In this document: piece after piece, positions 36,465 to 41,487 of the stretch
Position numbering within the stretch: position 1 is the first letter of the stretch
How the letters are laid out: every line of letters starts with the position of its first letter
Source: Candidatus Woesearchaeota archaeon
GTDB lineage: Archaea; Nanobdellota; Nanobdellia; SCGC-AAA011-G17; UBA489
Assembly (NCBI GenBank): GCA_018658955.1
Contig: JABIPM010000040.1
Location: forward strand, 1-41,487
Direction: 5' to 3'
DNA: 41,487 nt
Made by a program: the position numbers and the translations under genes
Notes under the pieces: generated by a model
Database searches by the model: none
The model's input: only the letters and a program-made list of their open reading frames with translations
Told to the model about the DNA's origin: nothing

Positions 36465-37558
36465 TATTTCTGAATTTTATGTCTAAACTTAGCATCAACT
36501 CTATCCTTTGTTCCTCTTCCACTTAATCCTGGACCCGTAGGTGTTTTTTTCAAATAGTTTTCAGTTGTAATTTCCGTTCCAGATTTAAATAATTCATGAA
36601 ACTTATCAAAATCAATCCAAGTATGCCATTCGCCCTCTTTCTTGAATTTTTTCTTAGCAAACAAAACAACTCTAGATCTAATGTGTTCTGAAGCAATTTC
36701 ATAATCATCTAAATATTTATCTAACTCTTTTGAAAATTCAACAACATCTTCATGCAAAGGCATATTGCTTTTTTCTAATCTTTCTCTAGATGCCCCAATA
36801 AACATGTATCCTTTAACTTCAATAAAATCCGGATTTCCAATTTTAATTAAATCAGCATACTTTTCAGGTTCACACATATTCAAATCTTTAATCGCAGTTA
36901 ATCTAATTGCAGTTCTTTCTTTCTTCTTCTTTAAATTTTCTAAACTTTTAATCATTCGTTCCCAATAGTCTTCAAACAAAGGATTATCTATTTCTTTCAA
37001 TAATTTTTTAGTTGGAGCATCAATACTCAAATACAATTGTGTAACCGGAGTTAATTTTTTTATTTCATCAGGGTATTGTGCATTTGTAACTAAGAATGTA
37101 GAAATTCCCCTTTCATGATAATTATTAATCATCTCATTTATTTTAGGATAAATAATTGGTTCTCCTGTTAATGAAAGTGCAACATGCTTAACAGTTTTAG
37201 ATTGCTCATGCGCAGTATGGTTTGGATTCTTATTATCTCCAAAACCTGTTAGTAAATTTTTATGTGCTTTCAAACTTTTATTAATAATCATTTCAGGATT
37301 ATCCACTTCCCATTTCCAATCTTTTGAAACTGGCGCCTTATACCCTCTCCAACAAAAACTACATCTATTTGCACAACTCAAACTAGGAGAAGTCTGCATA
37401 CATTGATGGCTTTGAATACCATAGAATTTTAGTTTGTAACACCCGCCATCACCACGAATCATACTTCCAGTCCACCCACAAACCTTTACAACAGAATGGT
37501 TTCCAACTACCCTATAGCCCTGTTTAGTTAGAGTTTTTTTTGCTTCTGGAGTTATCAT
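36461..37558 (-). CDS. taw1: 4-demethylwyosine synthase Taw1/TYW1 (radical SAM)
   Basis: GNHSVVKVCGW, CYKLKFYGIQSHQC, CANRCSFCWR, HVALSLTGEP, PDFIEVKGYM. Confidence 0.95.
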   Translation of the reverse strand: MITPEAKKTLTKQGYRVVGNHSVVKVCGWTGSMIRGDGGCYKLKFYGIQSHQCMQTSPSLSCANRCSFCWRGYKAPVSKDWKWEVDNPEMIINKSLKAHKNLLTGFGDNKNPNHTAHEQSKTVKHVALSLTGEPIIYPKINEMINNYHERGISTFLVTNAQYPDEIKKLTPVTQLYLSIDAPTKKLLKEIDNPLFEDYWERMIKSLENLKKKKERTAIRLTAIKDLNMCEPEKYADLIKIGNPDFIEVKGYMFIGASRERLEKSNMPLHEDVVEFSKELDKYLDDYEIASEHIRSRVVLFAKKKFKKEGEWHTWIDFDKFHELFKSGTEITTENYLKKTPTGPGLSGRGTKDRVDAKFRHKIQKY

Positions 37559-37630
37559 ACTCCTTTTGAGAAATAGCTTTATTTAATCCTTTTGGGCTTC
37601 GCTAACTTCTTTAGAAAACCGTATATGTGT

Positions 37631-37644
37631 ATAGTATATACTAT
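37631..37644. promoter_or_regulatory. Perfect 14-bp palindrome, probable RHH operator
   Basis: ATAGTATATACTAT, 6 nt upstream of the RHH gene ATG. Confidence 0.6.
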
Positions 37645-37650
37645 GACTAT

Positions 37651-37908
37651 ATGGCGACAAACATGATTACACTGAAGTTAGAAAATAAATTTCTGAAAGA
37701 AGTAGACACTATAGTGGAAAATGAGGGTTATCAAAATCGAACAGAGTTTATTAGAAATGCGCTAAGAGAAAAAATTGAAGAAATTAAAATTAGAAAAGCA
37801 ATGCTCAAATTAGCTTCATTGAAAGGAAGTTCTAATAAAAAAGTAAATGAAGAAACTTATAGAAAAGCAAGATCAAAAGCATTTGATAAAATTTCAAAGA
37901 ATATTTAA
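37651..37908 (+). CDS. Ribbon-helix-helix (CopG/NikR-N-like) protein, antitoxin-like
   Basis: ITLKLENKFLKEVDTIVENEGYQNRTEFIRNALREKI; start ATG 37651. Confidence 0.85.
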   Translation: MATNMITLKLENKFLKEVDTIVENEGYQNRTEFIRNALREKIEEIKIRKAMLKLASLKGSSNKKVNEETYRKARSKAFDKISKNI

Positions 37909-37963
37909 GAAACAAATAAAAATTTTGAATTAACTACAAATAAGGCAATAGCAGAATTAAAAA

Positions 37964-38226
37964 ATGGAAACTGATGAAATACAAAAAAAGTAAAATCTTA
38001 TTTTGAAAAAGGAGAATATGACATTTGGCCAAGATTTGCTATACTTGCAAGATTAGAAGAAGAGATTTCAGAAATAGGCAGGATTATTTCAGTAGAAGAA
38101 GGTCTGAGAGAAAAATGGAAAGTAGATAATATGAATTTCACTGACGAATTTGGAAATGCATTATTTCAGTTGATTCATTTGGCTAATCAGTGCGATGTAA
38201 ATATTAGTGAAGCAATTGAACAATGA
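37964..38226 (+). pseudogene. Frameshifted MazG/YpjD-like pyrophosphohydrolase
   Basis: METDEIQKK then -1 frame VKSYFEKGEYDIWPRFAILARLEEEISEIGR...DEFGNALFQLIHLANQCDVNISEAIEQ*; the shift falls in an A7 run. Confidence 0.75.
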
Positions 38227-38280
38227 ATCGTTAGGAAGAAGTTAGCAAAAATTAACAAAACTACTTTTCAAAAAATATAA

Positions 38281-38694
38281 TTATTTTAAATAGAATTCGA
38301 GTTCTTTCATTAAGGTTTTGGAGTTTTCTATGGATTGTTTAGCTGTTTCAAAGTCCATTTTATTTCCGTAATAAGTAAGGGAATTTCTTTTATATCTTAA
38401 ATCGTCAAATAGGTTGTATAATCTATCTTCTTTTAGAACATCTCTTAAAAAATATCCCAGACAAATATGGTTCAATATTTTGTAACCTCTTTGAATTATT
38501 AATGCTTGTAAAAGCTCTAATAATGACGTGTAGTAATCTTCAAATACAAAGTTACAGTTTTTTAGGGTTATTTCTTTTATTATTCCTATTCTTTCTTCTG
38601 CTACCCCCCTTAATGAATCAGCCCTTTCAAGATTCGGAGAAACTTTTTTTGCCGAATTATATTCAACGCATTCCTCCCATGAAGCCTCTTTCAT
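38281..38694 (-). CDS. HEPN-like protein (toxin/partner of MNT)
   Basis: EDYYTSLLELLQALI..GYKILNH.C, FDDLRYKRNSLTYYG; ATGA-coupled to the MNT gene. Confidence 0.8.
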   Translation of the reverse strand: MKEASWEECVEYNSAKKVSPNLERADSLRGVAEERIGIIKEITLKNCNFVFEDYYTSLLELLQALIIQRGYKILNHICLGYFLRDVLKEDRLYNLFDDLRYKRNSLTYYGNKMDFETAKQSIENSKTLMKELEFYLK

Positions 38695-39224
38695 TTGAAT
38701 ACCGCTATTGGATTATTTAGAGTTATTCCATTTATGATATTATTTGCTAGATGTTTGTTGGAAATTTGGTTTAAATTACTGAATTTGAATATTTGAATTT
38801 TTCTTTGTAATGTTTTTTCGAATTTTTTTAGGTTTATTGTTTTTTTTGAAGGTGTTTCTAAGTAAATATCTATGTCACTATCTTCTATGTCTTCTCCTTT
38901 TGCATAAGATCCAAACAGAATTATTGAGGGATTATTTAATGACTCTTTTATTGATGCAATTATCTTGGATTTGTAAATTTGTTTTAGGTTGAAAAGTTTT
39001 TTTTCCAATTTGTAATTTTCGTTTGATCTATCTGCAGTATAAAATTGTATATTGCCCATTTTAATTATTTTTAATATGCCTTCTTGGTTTAATTCCTTGC
39101 AATACCTTATTGCTGAAGGTAAGGGAATATTTACTTCTCTCTCTATTTCTCTAACCCTCATTTTCTTTGTGGGATTCATTAGGAAATATCCTTTTAATTT
39201 TTCTTTGATATTAAGTCTTATCAT
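38691..39224 (-). CDS. HTH-fused minimal nucleotidyltransferase (MNT antitoxin)
   Basis: N-terminal wHTH (VREIEREVNIPLPSAIRYCKEL); ILFGSYAKGEDIEDSDIDI. Confidence 0.9.
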   Translation of the reverse strand: MIRLNIKEKLKGYFLMNPTKKMRVREIEREVNIPLPSAIRYCKELNQEGILKIIKMGNIQFYTADRSNENYKLEKKLFNLKQIYKSKIIASIKESLNNPSIILFGSYAKGEDIEDSDIDIYLETPSKKTINLKKFEKTLQRKIQIFKFSNLNQISNKHLANNIINGITLNNPIAVFK

Positions 39225-39250
39225 ATGATAATTTATATTATCAATTGATA
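39218..39250. promoter_or_regulatory. Tandem TATCA-N2-TGATA palindromic operators of the MNT-HEPN operon
   Basis: TTATCATATGATAA (39218-39231, covering the start codon) and TATCAATTGATA (39239-39250, abutting TATA-like TTTAAA); 20-bp spacing. Confidence 0.75.
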
Positions 39251-39365
39251 TTTAAAGTTATCGCTTGCTTTTGATTATTATTGTGAAGTGTAGGTTATTT
39301 ATAAAACATCTCCGGAGGGACAGTAAGTATGGTAAATGCGTTTTAATTTCCGAGAATTTCGAAGA

Positions 39366-39653
39366 TTATTCAGATTTGCTTGGTTCAGGTTCCCTATATC
39401 TTAATCTAAAACTCAATCCGACTCCAATTGAAGAATCATCATATGCATAAATCTCCTCGCCCATATTATAAAAATTATTGATATATCCCTCAATACATTC
39501 ATTAGAACAATAAATTTCTGAAATTCCACAAGGTTTTGCTAAGACTACTGGAGTAAATTCCATATTTGCACAACTCTCTAAAGATAATATAGTCGCACCT
39601 GTAAACAACGTAGAAGTTAATCCTTTTTTTAAATAATCTTTAATTTTTTCCGT
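39366..39653 (-). CDS. Putative small lipoprotein-like protein with uncertain start
   Basis: Frame is open upstream of TTG 39608, giving (T)EKIKDYLKKGLTSTLFTGATILSLES-C; only an ACG lies at the expected start. Confidence 0.4.
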   Translation of the reverse strand, partial: TEKIKDYLKKGLTSTLFTGATILSLESCANMEFTPVVLAKPCGISEIYCSNECIEGYINNFYNMGEEIYAYDDSSIGVGLSFRLRYREPEPSKSE

Positions 39654-39717
39654 AGTAACATCACTTCGTAGAAATTAAGAAGTAAAAGAAATATATATGG
39701 TTTTGGGTAAGAAGAAA

Positions 39718-41292
39718 TTAATTTCTTCTTCCACTAAAGTTTCCGCTTCTACCAGAGTTTCCGCCAGAACGGCCTCTAAAAGAAGAGCCACCTCTTCCGC
39801 CAGAACCTGAGGAACTTCTACTTCCTCCAGAATTTCCGCCCCTGTTTCTGCCAAAGCTTCTTCCACTTCCGCCAGAACTTCTATTCCCGCCAAAGCTTCT
39901 TCCACTTCCGCCAGAACTTCTACTTCCTTCAGAACTTCTTGAACCTGAAATTCCTCTTCCTCCGGAATTTTCGCCTTGACCTCTGTTTCCGCCAAAGCTT
40001 CTACCGTTTCCACCAGAGTTTCCGCCAAAGCTTCTACCGTTTCCACCAAAGCTTCTTCCTCTGTTTCCACCAGAACTTCTATTTCCGCTTCTTCCGCCAG
40101 AACGGCCTCTAAAGTTTCCGCTTCCACCTCTAAAGTTTCCTCTACGTTTATCTCCTTGAGGAGAACCAACAAGATCCACCCTTTGAAAATTAGGAAGGTC
40201 TATACATCCTATCTTAAAACTTCTATTTTCGCCTTCGATTCTTCTGAAATCTTGTCTTTCAGAGGAGGATAAGAAATTAAACACTTGTCCTTCTTCTCCA
40301 GCTCTAGCAGTCCTACCGATTCTATGTACGTAATCCGTGGGATCTCTAGGTATATCATAATTGTAAACATGTGAAATTCCATCAACATGAATTCCTCTTG
40401 CCGCAACATCAGTACAAACTAATACGCTAAAGTGATTACCTGAAAAAGATTTAATATTCTTCAATCTTTTATTCTGAGATAATCCTCCATGAATAGCAAT
40501 TGCATCAATATCATTTGCTTTCAAATTTTTAGCAACATAATCTGTATGTCTTCTAGTATTACAGAAAACCATTGCAAGGCCTTTTTCTTCTGCTTTCAAT
40601 AAATGTAACAATAAAGGTATTTTTTCCTTTCTTGAAATATTAAAATATCCTTGAGTTAATTTACTTGGATCAACCTGACTCTCAGCAAAAATTTCTTTAG
40701 GTTTGTTTAATTGATGATTTGCTAATTTTCTCAATTTTGGAGAAACAGTAGCAGTAAACATCATAGTATGTCTATTTACTGGACATGCTTCCATGATTTC
40801 TTGAACATCCTCAATGAAACCCATATCAAGCATACAATCTGCTTCGTCTAAAACAACAACTTTGATGTTTTTAGTGTTCACAGTTCCTCTTCCTAAATGA
40901 TCTAACATTCTTCCAGGAGTTGCAACAACAACATCTGCTTTAGCAAGTTGACTAATTTGAGGGTTAATTGAAACTCCACCGTAAACTGCCATAATTCTTA
41001 ATTTTTTACCAATTGCTAATTCCCATAAGGCTTGCTTAACTTGCTCAGCAAGTTCTCTTGTTGGTGTTAATACTAATGCTTGAAGTCCTCTTCCAGGTTC
41101 AACCTGTTCGATTATTCCACAGCCAAAAGCTAATGTTTTTCCTGAACCTGTTGAAGATTCAGCAACTACGTCTTGTCTTTCCAATATAATTGGTATTGAT
41201 TTTTTTTGTATTTCTGTAGGCGTATCGTGTCCTAATTTACTAATAGATTCAATTAAATGATCACTCAGTCCTAATTCTATAAATTTTTCCAT
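39718..41292 (-). CDS. DEAD-box RNA helicase (CshA/DeaD-like) with Gly/Arg/Ser-rich tail
   Basis: Q motif PTEIQ, TGSGKT, PTRELA, TPGR, DEAD, TAT, TDVAARG, YVHRIGRTARAG. Confidence 0.96.
   Translation of the reverse strand: MEKFIELGLSDHLIESISKLGHDTPTEIQKKSIPIILERQDVVAESSTGSGKTLAFGCGIIEQVEPGRGLQALVLTPTRELAEQVKQALWELAIGKKLRIMAVYGGVSINPQISQLAKADVVVATPGRMLDHLGRGTVNTKNIKVVVLDEADCMLDMGFIEDVQEIMEACPVNRHTMMFTATVSPKLRKLANHQLNKPKEIFAESQVDPSKLTQGYFNISRKEKIPLLLHLLKAEEKGLAMVFCNTRRHTDYVAKNLKANDIDAIAIHGGLSQNKRLKNIKSFSGNHFSVLVCTDVAARGIHVDGISHVYNYDIPRDPTDYVHRIGRTARAGEEGQVFNFLSSSERQDFRRIEGENRSFKIGCIDLPNFQRVDLVGSPQGDKRRGNFRGGSGNFRGRSGGRSGNRSSGGNRGRSFGGNGRSFGGNSGGNGRSFGGNRGQGENSGGRGISGSRSSEGSRSSGGSGRSFGGNRSSGGSGRSFGRNRGGNSGGSRSSSGSGGRGGSSFRGRSGGNSGRSGNFSGRRN
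39725..40145 (-). repeat. Imperfect coding repeats of the helicase RGG/SGG tail
   Basis: For example, 31-bp GTTTCCGCCAAAGCTTCTACCGTTTCCACCA at 39985 and 40018; CCGCCAGAACGGCCTCTAAA occurs twice. Confidence 0.8.
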
Positions 41293-41487
41293 ATTTTTCT
41301 CCTATAATATAATAGCACTTAACTAGAAAAAGCGAAATGTTCATATTGAACCAGTGCATTCTCTTAATTGTCTATCTATATGTTGTAGTATATATATTGG
41401 AACGCTTTATAAGAGTTGCTATTGGACTTCGCTGGTGTTTTTTGGTTGTTTTGATGCTAAGAATTAGTTTTGGTTTATAACTACTCG

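Noticed and set aside
39675..40172. 165-aa 'VEEALAE'-repeat ORF in an alternative frame, and a possible CRISPR-like repeat array
   Set aside because: By-product of the Gly/Ser/Arg codon repeats of the helicase tail; repeats are coding, irregular and lack unique spacers
41293..41400. Structured cold-shock-type leader of the DEAD-box gene
   Set aside because: Only short 4-5 bp stems are visible, which is insufficient evidence

Overview
AT-rich chromosomal window from an archaeon. Markers are rpl35ae, rpl10e/uL16, ABCE1, Taw1 and archaeal class III signal-peptide pilins. Gene content and style suggest a DPANN lineage such as Woesearchaeota/Pacearchaeota, which is an inference. The window holds translation and RNA-modification genes, five intron-less tRNAs without encoded CCA, and a bacterial-type nrdR-nrdJ-dut operon with two NrdR boxes just downstream of a TATA box. 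It also holds a GshB-like ATP-grasp/amidohydrolase pair, a MATCAP/DUF1704 peptidase, a HEPN/MNT toxin-antitoxin pair with tandem operators, and a DEAD-box helicase. The most striking feature is a type IV pilus (Tad-like) locus with seven pilin-like genes, an ATPase and two platform proteins. Its downstream neighbour is a 34-Cys secreted protein with a SleB/CwlJ-like (Hydrolase_2) peptidoglycan-lytic domain. Divergently upstream lies a bacterial sigma-70-family factor. Neither peptidoglycan nor sigma factors belong to archaeal cell biology, so this may be an apparatus for attaching to, breaching and manipulating bacterial cells (hypothesis). Other candidates are a structured G-U-rich leader/ncRNA, a shared N-terminal 'LE-x-I' motif in orphan proteins, a ~50-aa domain shared by two tandem orphans, and several unannotated small ORFs. 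No CRISPR array, rRNA, integrase or transposase was seen.
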